From: a virus
Reading direction: 5' to 3' (one strand)
Length of the DNA: 64,000 nucleotides
Virus record (IMG/VR): IMGVR_UViG_3300031911_000004
Location: 541 to 64,540 of that record
Shown here: positions 17,965 to 25,746 of the stretch, one piece after another
Position numbering within the stretch: the stretch's first letter is position 1
Layout: each line of letters opens with the position of its first letter
Notes under the pieces: generated by a model
Seen by the model: only the letters and a program-made list of their open reading frames with translations
The model's database searches: none
What the model was told of the DNA's origin: nothing
Made by a program: the position numbers and the translations under genes

Positions 17965-19516
17965 TCGGGTCGGCTTCGGATGTCCATTGAAGGTATCCAT
18001 CCTGCGTGATCTCAAGGTCGCGTAGGATGTTCATCCCGTCGATGTAGATGTGACGCTCGGCGTATTTCCGCTTTGTCTTGTCGCCGTGGTACTCGTGAAG
18101 GGCACTCCCGGCTACGAGTCCAACCTTCCCGCCCGTCCAGTCAGCAATCGGCTCTGCCCACTGCCGCCAGATGGCGCGGCTCTCCATCGTGCCGCCAATC
18201 GAGTTGAGTTGCAGGTCAGACAACGGCTTGCCAAAGAACGCAGCTCCTGCAACGGCATCACCACGCCCGGTGGCCGAGTAGGGGAATAAGCCGCCATATC
18301 GTGTCCAAAGCTCTCTACGGGCTGCATATGCGAATCCAGGGTGCCCGAGAACCGCGTCCCCCGGCTGAGCCAACGCCGCAGTCGATTGCAGCCGCTGGAT
18401 CTCCTGACCATCCACTCCCATCCATACTGCGGTGTCGTAGGGCTGCACGACGTTGTATGCCTCCAGCGCAAGGGATGTCTCTTTCACCCAATCGGGATTG
18501 GTGAACTCAATGTCGGCATCCACCCAAGCCAGTTTGGTGTAGTGCTGAGGAACCAGCTTTTCCGCGGCATTAAGGAGTGCCTCTTTCTGGAACGCGATGG
18601 CATGGCGAGGGACTTGCACCTGCACCCATCCCGCAATCCCTTTGGTGATCGGCTCCTGCGATGACAAGTAGGCTTCCACGCCAAAGACCTGGGCACCATC
18701 CCTCTCCATCCTGCGGCAGAATCGGTGGAGGTTCGCACGCGGGCGGTCGTATCCAGCGAAATTGAAGTGGCAGGCGATGACGGCCAAGTCCGGCTGACTC
18801 GCGGTATCATGCCTGCTATAGCCGTAGTCTGGCCCCCATTGCGCGGCGTCCAGCGGCTCACCGCGAAGACTCCTGATACCGTCCGTGAACGAGCTATTGC
18901 GCGTCCCGATGAAGAACCGGGCTTGTGAGCACGCGAGGAGGTCCGCGCACGCGGTGGTGAGGTCCGTTTGATACGGAAGCGTGTAGTCCTTTGGGATGTG
19001 ACGGAGGTTATTGGCCCCGAACTCCTGGGTAAACGCATCGAAGGTGTCCTTGCCGTCTGTGGACAAGTAGATCGGGAGGGCGCGGAACCCCTCGCGTCTC
19101 ATCACCTCGGCAGTCCGGCGCACGAAGTCATCTGTTGTCAACTTGTGCCAGCCGTCGTGGTCGGTCCGGCGCACATGCACGGCAAGACCGCACATCGCGC
19201 CTTGTTTCGCCATCTCTCGCACCCGGTCACTCCACTGGATGGAGCGCCATTGTGTTATCTCAAAGTCCCTGTCATGGCCTCCGAGTATAGTATTCGCGAT
19301 GCCTTGGAACATCGTCGAGGACGCAATCGGGACGTGGTTGTCACGAGTCGTCTGGATGTCCACGCCGGGGACTGAGAACTCGCCGTTGTGCTTGGTGGCG
19401 TATCGGTTCTGCTCCCACAAGAACTCCAGGGTTTCGCCTTTTCGTGAGCAGACCGCTTGGTATCCAAGCATGATCCGCAGACGATTGCACAACCCGCCGA
19501 CGCTCGATATCTTCAT
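17912..19516 (-). CDS. Two-domain glycosyltransferase (GDP-fucose-type GT-B plus DxD GT-A-like domain)
   Basis: GGLCNRL, AVHVRRTD, YLSTD, DLLACSQARFFIGTRNSSFT (NodZ/O-FucT/GT11-like); then QKEALLN...WVDAD. Confidence 0.8.
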   Translation of the reverse strand: MKISSVGGLCNRLRIMLGYQAVCSRKGETLEFLWEQNRYATKHNGEFSVPGVDIQTTRDNHVPIASSTMFQGIANTILGGHDRDFEITQWRSIQWSDRVREMAKQGAMCGLAVHVRRTDHDGWHKLTTDDFVRRTAEVMRREGFRALPIYLSTDGKDTFDAFTQEFGANNLRHIPKDYTLPYQTDLTTACADLLACSQARFFIGTRNSSFTDGIRSLRGEPLDAAQWGPDYGYSRHDTASQPDLAVIACHFNFAGYDRPRANLHRFCRRMERDGAQVFGVEAYLSSQEPITKGIAGWVQVQVPRHAIAFQKEALLNAAEKLVPQHYTKLAWVDADIEFTNPDWVKETSLALEAYNVVQPYDTAVWMGVDGQEIQRLQSTAALAQPGDAVLGHPGFAYAARRELWTRYGGLFPYSATGRGDAVAGAAFFGKPLSDLQLNSIGGTMESRAIWRQWAEPIADWTGGKVGLVAGSALHEYHGDKTKRKYAERHIYIDGMNILRDLEITQDGYLQWTSEADPIMMAAVAQHFAERDEDG

Positions 19517-19519
19517 ACC

Positions 19520-20188
19520 TCACAGTTCACGAAGGCCACGGAGAAGCAAGGCGACGCCGATCTGTTTTGTCGGGGCGTCGGGATCGAATTTTGAATCCGC
19601 AGTAAACTTTCCGATCTCGTCGCAGTGGTTTGAGAACGCCCACAAGTAGGGGTTGTCGGTTCCCCGTGTGCCGTCTTTGTTGCGGACGTTGCGATAACCG
19701 AAGCCGTTGTATCCCTCCAACTTGTAGAGGGTGCCCTCAATCGACCAGTCCACCCACTTGGTGAGACCGTCGTACTGTAGCGCATCGACGGCAGATTCAT
19801 CGAAGGTAAAAGGTGGCATCCCTGTCTTTGGGCGTCCTGCTGGATGCTGCCATGTCCTCTTGCTCAGTTTGTCCCCGTTGTGGAGATGGCACCCAAAATC
19901 AAGCCCGCATTCCATGTTGTGGATGATGCCAATGATCTCCCATGGAACGCCCGTCTTGGCGGTGATGCCTTCGTACCTCTCCCTGCCTTTAGCTATGGCG
20001 GCGACACGGGCGGCAACAACGGCTTCTTTACCCTTGTCGGTCTTCATCGTATCCCAGAGGCGGCGATACTCCTCAGCGTGCGGATTCTTTGGAGGCGTCA
20101 TAGCGGGAGTGACGGTTGATGGTACTGGTTTCGGGGTGTCGGCCACGTTGTTGCGCAGCCGTGAAAAGAGTCGTGAGAACCAGTTCAC
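19520..20188 (-). CDS. Endolysin, lysozyme-like family
   Basis: TGVPWEIIGIIHNMEC...HLHNGD...PAGRP...LEGYNGFGY...PYLW. Confidence 0.85.
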   Translation of the reverse strand: MNWFSRLFSRLRNNVADTPKPVPSTVTPAMTPPKNPHAEEYRRLWDTMKTDKGKEAVVAARVAAIAKGRERYEGITAKTGVPWEIIGIIHNMECGLDFGCHLHNGDKLSKRTWQHPAGRPKTGMPPFTFDESAVDALQYDGLTKWVDWSIEGTLYKLEGYNGFGYRNVRNKDGTRGTDNPYLWAFSNHCDEIGKFTADSKFDPDAPTKQIGVALLLRGLREL

Positions 20189-20508
20189 GCCAGCCTCCCT
20201 ATCCGCTTGAGGTACTTCACGCCCGCATCAATCGCCAGTCCGACCAGAACAGGCTCAAGGCCGTTCCAAATCTGACGGAAGAACCTCAACACGTGATTTC
20301 GCTTTGTCTCACCGCTGCCAGGGGCCGGGAAGTCCTTCTGGGCGTCGATCATCAACCCCTGAAGGACTTGCCACTGGTCAGCAGTCAAATCTGGAACTAC
20401 TTCCGCGACCTCGGTAGGGACTGCCTCGTCATCGACCGTCTCTGGAAACTCCATCGGCGGATTGAATGTTGCGGTGATCCAAGACCAGAAGCGGCGGAAT
20501 GGGTTCAT
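20185..20508 (-). CDS. Lysis-module protein (holin/spanin-like candidate)
   Basis: SGETKR motif and amphipathic helices; adjacent to the endolysin. Confidence 0.5.
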   Translation of the reverse strand: MNPFRRFWSWITATFNPPMEFPETVDDEAVPTEVAEVVPDLTADQWQVLQGLMIDAQKDFPAPGSGETKRNHVLRFFRQIWNGLEPVLVGLAIDAGVKYLKRIGRLA

Positions 20509-20523
20509 AGTGGGAGGATGTGG

Positions 20524-20967
20524 TTACTCGGTGACGCCTTTCACGTTCTCGCCACCAACCGCAACGGCGGCAGGCGGCCGCTTCACACACAAGATGGCGA
20601 ACACGATGTTCTGGCGCAGAAGATCAAGGCCCCACTTGGCGAGGTCGCGGTCACGATGGGCGACACCGAACTTGCCGAGGCTGTCGTCAATGAGGTTGAT
20701 CAGCGCGGCGTGGGCATCACCGCCCTCTGTGGTCGCCAGGAACTTGAACTCGTCGTCGATGCGTTGCAGCCCGGTCAGTCCCGTCTTGGCGACGCTGTAG
20801 TTGCCGACCACGAGACCGATGCCGTCACCGACAGAGAATCGGCCATCAGCAAGTTTCTCTTTCACATCGCCAGCAACCTCCGTCGCGAAGACGATGAATT
20901 CAGCAGTTTCGGGCACGCCAGCAGCGCGGGCGGCTTCAAGGAGTGGATTGGGTGGAGTCTTGGCCAT
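20524..20967 (-). CDS. Hypothetical protein of the lysis module
   Basis: Start MAKTPPNP at 20967; ADGRFSVGDG motif. Confidence 0.55.
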   Translation of the reverse strand: MAKTPPNPLLEAARAAGVPETAEFIVFATEVAGDVKEKLADGRFSVGDGIGLVVGNYSVAKTGLTGLQRIDDEFKFLATTEGGDAHAALINLIDDSLGKFGVAHRDRDLAKWGLDLLRQNIVFAILCVKRPPAAVAVGGENVKGVTE

Positions 20968-21083
20968 GGGATGGTTTCGGTTTGGGTGGTTCTGGCGCTG
21001 GTTTGGTCGGATACTTCGCCGCATGACGACGACGCATATCGTCGATCTCGTCTTTCGGCGTGCGCTTCGGGATGGTGGGTTGG

Positions 21084-21521
21084 TCAGGCATCAGGGAGAA
21101 TGGTCCAGTCTTCAGCGAGCACGTCGGTCTGGCTCGCAAGCCAGCCTGTGAGAACTTTCTTGTCAGCGGTCATCATCCGAATGCTGCCGAGGGCCTCAAT
21201 CTCGCCACCATTCGCCTCAGCCATGGCTTTCAAGTGAGGTTCGCGGCACCACTCGGCTTTGACCATGGCGGCGGGAAGAAGCCAGAGATACATGTCTTTC
21301 CCGTTCCACCCTGCTCGGGAGACACGTTTGCCGGATTTGAGCGCGGCGATTGCGTCGCCAAAGGTATTTCCTCCAGAGAGTCGGGCTAAAGCAGCTTCAA
21401 CCTCCACGAGATTCGCGGCCTCTGCGTCGGCTTGAATTGTGTTGCCTTCCTGCCTGTTGATCGGCTCGTTGGTCTTCAGGGTGTCGCGGTATTGCTCCAA
21501 TGCGGAAACGGCTGCTTTCAT
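21084..21521 (-). CDS. DUF2829 / Tad2-like anti-defence sponge protein with N-terminal extension
   Basis: FGDAIAALKSGKRVSRAGWNGKDMYL...GWLASQTDVLAEDW is the DUF2829 signature. Confidence 0.85.
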   Translation of the reverse strand: MKAAVSALEQYRDTLKTNEPINRQEGNTIQADAEAANLVEVEAALARLSGGNTFGDAIAALKSGKRVSRAGWNGKDMYLWLLPAAMVKAEWCREPHLKAMAEANGGEIEALGSIRMMTADKKVLTGWLASQTDVLAEDWTILPDA

Positions 21522-21733
21522 GATATGATGTTCGCGGTGAACTCTGGGTTCTGGGTGGTGATGAGTTCCGGCATAACCGATGTGGTGTTGCCGAAACCGA
21601 GGGATATGACGACGAAGGTTGTACCGTCAGAGTATGACGTATGCCCAGTGACAATACCTCTCTCGCCGCTGGTCTTGTGATAGACGATAGCGCCAAATGG
21701 GAACTCGTGTTCGATGGGCTTGTCTGCGTTCAC
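21518..21733 (-). CDS. Small SH3-like phage protein
   Basis: FPFGAIVYHKTSGERGIVTG. Confidence 0.55.
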   Translation of the reverse strand: MNADKPIEHEFPFGAIVYHKTSGERGIVTGHTSYSDGTTFVVISLGFGNTTSVMPELITTQNPEFTANIIS

Positions 21734-22254
21734 GGCTTATCGGCAGGAGGGTTCGGGTCTTTGTAGTCAGGCGGCACAAGAATCCGGCTCGTCTTATTGT
21801 CGAACCATTTCACGCCAACCATCGTGGCAATCGGGACGGCGAGTTTCAGCACCCCCCACGACAGCAACGCCACCAGAAAGGCAGTTCCAAGGCACCAATC
21901 AGATACCAGCGGCATCTTCCACCACTGCATCAGCATCGGAGTCAGCATCGTTCCAGCCCCAATCGAGACCGTGAACTTGCCGCCGAGTTCCTTGGTGGAC
22001 ATCGGAATTTGAGCGCCTGATTCGTCCTTCTCACGCGGGAACATCCACACGCTGGCCCATGCCCCGCCCATCGCTCCGATGAAACAGAAGAGACGCAGCA
22101 TGTTGTCCTCCATGATGGAGGACCGCGCTGTCATCGCGTCAGCCGCCGTCGCAACAAACGCCATGTCTGGGATGACGATGACTCCACCGATTGCCGCTAC
22201 CATCGTGGCAGCGGTTGAGAGGGCGAGTAGAAATGCTGCTTCGGTGCCAAACAT
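21730..22254 (-). CDS. Putative holin (multi-TM membrane protein)
   Basis: Start MFGTEAAF at 22254; 3-4 hydrophobic helices and a charged C-terminus; upstream of the endolysin. Confidence 0.6.
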   Translation of the reverse strand: MFGTEAAFLLALSTAATMVAAIGGVIVIPDMAFVATAADAMTARSSIMEDNMLRLFCFIGAMGGAWASVWMFPREKDESGAQIPMSTKELGGKFTVSIGAGTMLTPMLMQWWKMPLVSDWCLGTAFLVALLSWGVLKLAVPIATMVGVKWFDNKTSRILVPPDYKDPNPPADKP

Positions 22255-22313
22255 AGGGTGGTAGGTGGTTGTGGTTGCGTTCTGTGTAGTACCATTGTTG
22301 GCATTCGCAGATT

Positions 22314-22448
22314 TTACCACTCCCAGTGAGCCAGCGTAACCTCCACGTACGGAATCTTGTTCTTGTATTCCTCCACTGTCGCCCTCGTCGTTATGCACCC
22401 CATCGGGAGCACCAGCAGCACGGCGGCAGCGAGAAAACGTGAGATCAT
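22314..22448 (-). CDS. 44-aa lipoprotein, spanin candidate (not in ORF track)
   Basis: MISRFLAAAVLLVLPMGC-ITTRATVEEYKNKIPYVEVTLAHWEW; lipobox-like Cys; ATGA overlap with the upstream gene. Confidence 0.6.
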   Translation of the reverse strand: MISRFLAAAVLLVLPMGCITTRATVEEYKNKIPYVEVTLAHWEW

Positions 22449-22888
22449 GCGTCAATTCGGGTTTTGAGCGCCCGAAGCGTGACGAGAAGGTTGCCGACCT
22501 GCTCAGCTTCATGGTGGATGGTGTCATGGGGTTTCAATCCTGCCGCTGGTTCATGGACGAACTTGATCGCCTCACCCTTTACCAAGAAAGGATCGAGTTT
22601 CGAGATGAGGTCGTTCGCCTCATCGTAGAGTTCGCGGACAATCAACTGAAACCCGACCGCAGTATCGCGCAGGCGGGAATTGCCAGGGGCTATGGCTCTC
22701 GTTTGCTCCTCTGGTGCAGTCTGCTCATCAGCAGCATCCTCGACAGCCTTTCTCGTCAAAACCTGCCCTCCTGTAATCGCCACCACCTCATGAGGCTCAA
22801 ATAGCGGATTGGTTGGAGGTTTTGAGACGGCATGGTTCCCGTTGGTTTGTGGGAACCTTGTTGGTTCAACGAGGATTTGCTTGAGCAT
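22445..22888 (-). CDS. Hypothetical protein
   Basis: Start MLKQILVE at 22888, 4 nt after the upstream stop. Confidence 0.55.
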   Translation of the reverse strand: MLKQILVEPTRFPQTNGNHAVSKPPTNPLFEPHEVVAITGGQVLTRKAVEDAADEQTAPEEQTRAIAPGNSRLRDTAVGFQLIVRELYDEANDLISKLDPFLVKGEAIKFVHEPAAGLKPHDTIHHEAEQVGNLLVTLRALKTRIDA

Positions 22889-22892
22889 ACTG

Positions 22893-23264
22893 TTACACGT
22901 GGGGAGGCAGTGGGACTTCAATGTAGAGAACCTGAATCCCCACTGTGGACCCGGCTCCAAGGGTGACGACGAGCGCGGCGCCACGTGCCGTCTCGAACCA
23001 CCCGTGATCGTTGTTCGGGATCGCGCCGCCGTTGGCTCCCGGCGTGAATGCCGCTGAGATAGCCGTGCTGGCGCTCTTGAAGGTGATCTCGGTTGCGGTG
23101 TCACCAGCGAGGAACAGGACGCCGACCACGCGGATACCATGGCCTGTGACGGCAGCAACGAGCGTGGTGTCACCGCCAGCGGCGGCATTCGCGAAGGTGC
23201 GTTTGACAGGCCGATTGACAATCTGGCCACTCTTTTCAACGGGGATGAGTCCTGATGCGTACAT
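22893..23264 (-). CDS. Putative virion structural (beta-sandwich) protein
   Basis: Gly/Ala/Thr-rich 123-aa beta protein downstream of the portal. Confidence 0.6.
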   Translation of the reverse strand: MYASGLIPVEKSGQIVNRPVKRTFANAAAGGDTTLVAAVTGHGIRVVGVLFLAGDTATEITFKSASTAISAAFTPGANGGAIPNNDHGWFETARGAALVVTLGAGSTVGIQVLYIEVPLPPHV

Positions 23265-23303
23265 GGGCGTCGGGGGTGATGATTATGGGTTGTGTGGTGA
23301 AAA

Positions 23304-23681
23304 TCAAACCTTTTCTTTTTGTCCAAGGGCTGCTTTGGAGCATTCGTCCATGAGCCGCTCAAAGAGTTCCATGTCGGAAACCATCTTCTCGACGAGTGAA
23401 TAGGACAATTGGAACCGGGCAAGAGACATCCTCAGCGTCATCTCTGGCGTGACATTCGGATCGAGCGTAGTGAGTTCATGTCGAGCCTGTTCCTCCTGCA
23501 AAACCAGCCACTCGACAAACTTCGGATTGTCCATCAACGCTTTGTTGCGGTCGTAGGCGGTACGCGCTTCCGGTGGCAACTCCCCGCCTGCTTCCACTCC
23601 AATGGCTGGACTGCCATCGGTCGGGAAAAATTGTCGGTGGAGGGCTCGGTAACGGCTGCTAGGCTGCAAGTCCTGTGACAT
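23304..23681 (-). CDS. Hypothetical helical protein following the portal
   Basis: 125-aa ORF, 7 nt after the portal stop. Confidence 0.6.
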   Translation of the reverse strand: MSQDLQPSSRYRALHRQFFPTDGSPAIGVEAGGELPPEARTAYDRNKALMDNPKFVEWLVLQEEQARHELTTLDPNVTPEMTLRMSLARFQLSYSLVEKMVSDMELFERLMDECSKAALGQKEKV

Positions 23682-23688
23682 TCGGTGG

Positions 23689-25743
23689 CTATTGTGTGGT
23701 TGGTGGTGCTTGTGATTGAGCGAGCATCATCGCCTCCTGCTGCTGACGGGCAACAACGGCCTTTGCTTGTTCGAGCACCTGTTTCAAGATCCGGTTGGCG
23801 TTCGGCACCTTGCGAGCGGTCAGGATGCTGGAGTACATGGGGAGCATCGCCTCAGCGATTTCTGGGGACTCCATGCAAAGCTGCTCCCATGTCTTCGGCC
23901 CCACGATCATCGCTAGGGCTTCGTTGAGCTTCTGGATCTCGTCGGGGGAGAACGCCTTGCTGAGCGTGGGCTTGACGGTGTTGTAGAGGCGTTCAACATC
24001 CGTGTTCTTGAGCCACTCCCAGAAGATTTCTGCCTTATCACCGCCGAGGAGGTTCGCGATCTCGCCCGGTGGTTCCTCTTGGTCTTTGAGGTGATAGAAC
24101 AACGCTCCGAGGCTGTCCCGGAGGCAGTCCATGATCCCCGATTGGAGATCCATAGTCGCGTTGTCTGACAACAGATTGGCGTCCGCTTGGATGCTCTGAA
24201 GCTCTCCAAGCGTCCCGGTGGTGGGCATCTTGCTCGCCTGGGCATCTTGCGGCGTCATCCCGCCTGTCATCAACTGGGCGTTCTGCTGCATGGTCTGGAG
24301 CATCGACCAGATGTTGCCGTCCATCTCTTGAAGCGGGATGGTGGTGATGACCTTTTCAATATCTTGATCCTTCGCCTCCAGCGTGTAGAGCCGTGGCCCC
24401 GGCACAATCGGAATCCCCTGCTTCTGCTCCTTGAACACTCCGGCGCGGACAATGTGTATGCCGCCGCTGCGGGATGAACGGGCGTCCACCCGGTTAATCA
24501 TCCGGTCGATGAATCCATGCTCATTCTGGAGATACTGGTAGAACCCCATACCATACCAGCGCCCGCGAACTGGGATCACGCGAAGCACCCGGAACGGGCG
24601 TCGCTTGGTCGGGCTGACCTTATCCATCTCGCCGTAGAAGATGAGTTCCTTGGTCTTGTAGTCCCACACAACGCACAACTCTTTCGAGTACCCCGTCATG
24701 TCACAGTCGATGCGGCACCACGACTCCACGACGGTCACTACGGGCATACCTACCGTCCGATCTGCATCGGATTCGGCCTTCCTGTTATCTTCCGGCTTGG
24801 CTGCATCCGACTGGGTGGTGTTGTCCTGGTTGTTGACCTGTGCTTGCGCCCACGCTTTCCCGGACTCGGTGATCTCCAAGTCCTTGAGTTGGTCCAGCAG
24901 CTTGTCCAGCTTGATGTCGAACACGTGAGCGATGTACTCGGCAGTGTGGATGTCTGGCTCAAGCGGGTCGCAAACGAAGTCCGAGTAGTGGACAGGCTCG
25001 AAGTTCAGGATGTCTTCGCGGGTGATGTCCTGTGCTTCGACATCCTGTTTCGAGACCTTCGCGCCCTCTGGACGACGGGCCTGTGGGTCACGCTTTAGCT
25101 GCCACGCATCCAGTTCGTCCGGCACCTTCTCCCACTCGTCCTTGTCGGTGATCCAGTTGCCCTTGGAGTCTTTGATCGGTGTGTTGTTGGCATCGACCCA
25201 GATTTTTACCGACTTCGGACCGCTGTAGGGCGTCATCGCCAGCATCCCGATCTTCTCGATGCCTTCGCCACCAACCAGTGCATGAAGCGCACCGTTGCGG
25301 AGTCCGTACTTGCATTTCCCGAGTTCGAGGTTGTTCCGCCAAACACGATCCGCAAGCGTCAATCCGTCCGACTCGTCTTCCTCCCCCTCGGCCAGCAGAC
25401 TGACGAATGGGTCAGAGTTCACCAACTGGTTGCAGGCTTTGGCGTGCGCTACCAGAATCGCCCTCTTCGGGATGTTCAGCGTGGTGTTGAACTCCCGATA
25501 GAGCGCCGAGTACCGGGAATCGTTGCGGCGGTGTTCAAAGTCGTTCTCAAACTCAGCCCATGCCTGCTTGCGGATGGCGAGGAAGGTGTTGAACGATTTG
25601 TTGTCCTCCCACCCCATCGACTTTCGAGCGTGCGCGTGGAGGTCGCCCACCATTTGCTGCACCCTCTCCTCTTGGGCTGCATCGAGCACAAGGCCACCTT
25701 CTGCGCGGAACAGGACGCATGTGTTGTTCGGGGAGTCACTCAT
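23689..25743 (-). CDS. Portal protein
   Basis: 684 aa; DFVCDP, VVESWCRID, RRPF...GRWYGMG motifs of podovirus portals; Gln-rich C-terminus. Confidence 0.85.
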   Translation of the reverse strand: MSDSPNNTCVLFRAEGGLVLDAAQEERVQQMVGDLHAHARKSMGWEDNKSFNTFLAIRKQAWAEFENDFEHRRNDSRYSALYREFNTTLNIPKRAILVAHAKACNQLVNSDPFVSLLAEGEEDESDGLTLADRVWRNNLELGKCKYGLRNGALHALVGGEGIEKIGMLAMTPYSGPKSVKIWVDANNTPIKDSKGNWITDKDEWEKVPDELDAWQLKRDPQARRPEGAKVSKQDVEAQDITREDILNFEPVHYSDFVCDPLEPDIHTAEYIAHVFDIKLDKLLDQLKDLEITESGKAWAQAQVNNQDNTTQSDAAKPEDNRKAESDADRTVGMPVVTVVESWCRIDCDMTGYSKELCVVWDYKTKELIFYGEMDKVSPTKRRPFRVLRVIPVRGRWYGMGFYQYLQNEHGFIDRMINRVDARSSRSGGIHIVRAGVFKEQKQGIPIVPGPRLYTLEAKDQDIEKVITTIPLQEMDGNIWSMLQTMQQNAQLMTGGMTPQDAQASKMPTTGTLGELQSIQADANLLSDNATMDLQSGIMDCLRDSLGALFYHLKDQEEPPGEIANLLGGDKAEIFWEWLKNTDVERLYNTVKPTLSKAFSPDEIQKLNEALAMIVGPKTWEQLCMESPEIAEAMLPMYSSILTARKVPNANRILKQVLEQAKAVVARQQQEAMMLAQSQAPPTTQ

Positions 25744-25746
25744 GGG

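Noticed and set aside
22445-23422. 325-aa ORF as listed in the track
   Set aside because: Its 5' part overlaps two better-supported genes; the likely start is 22888
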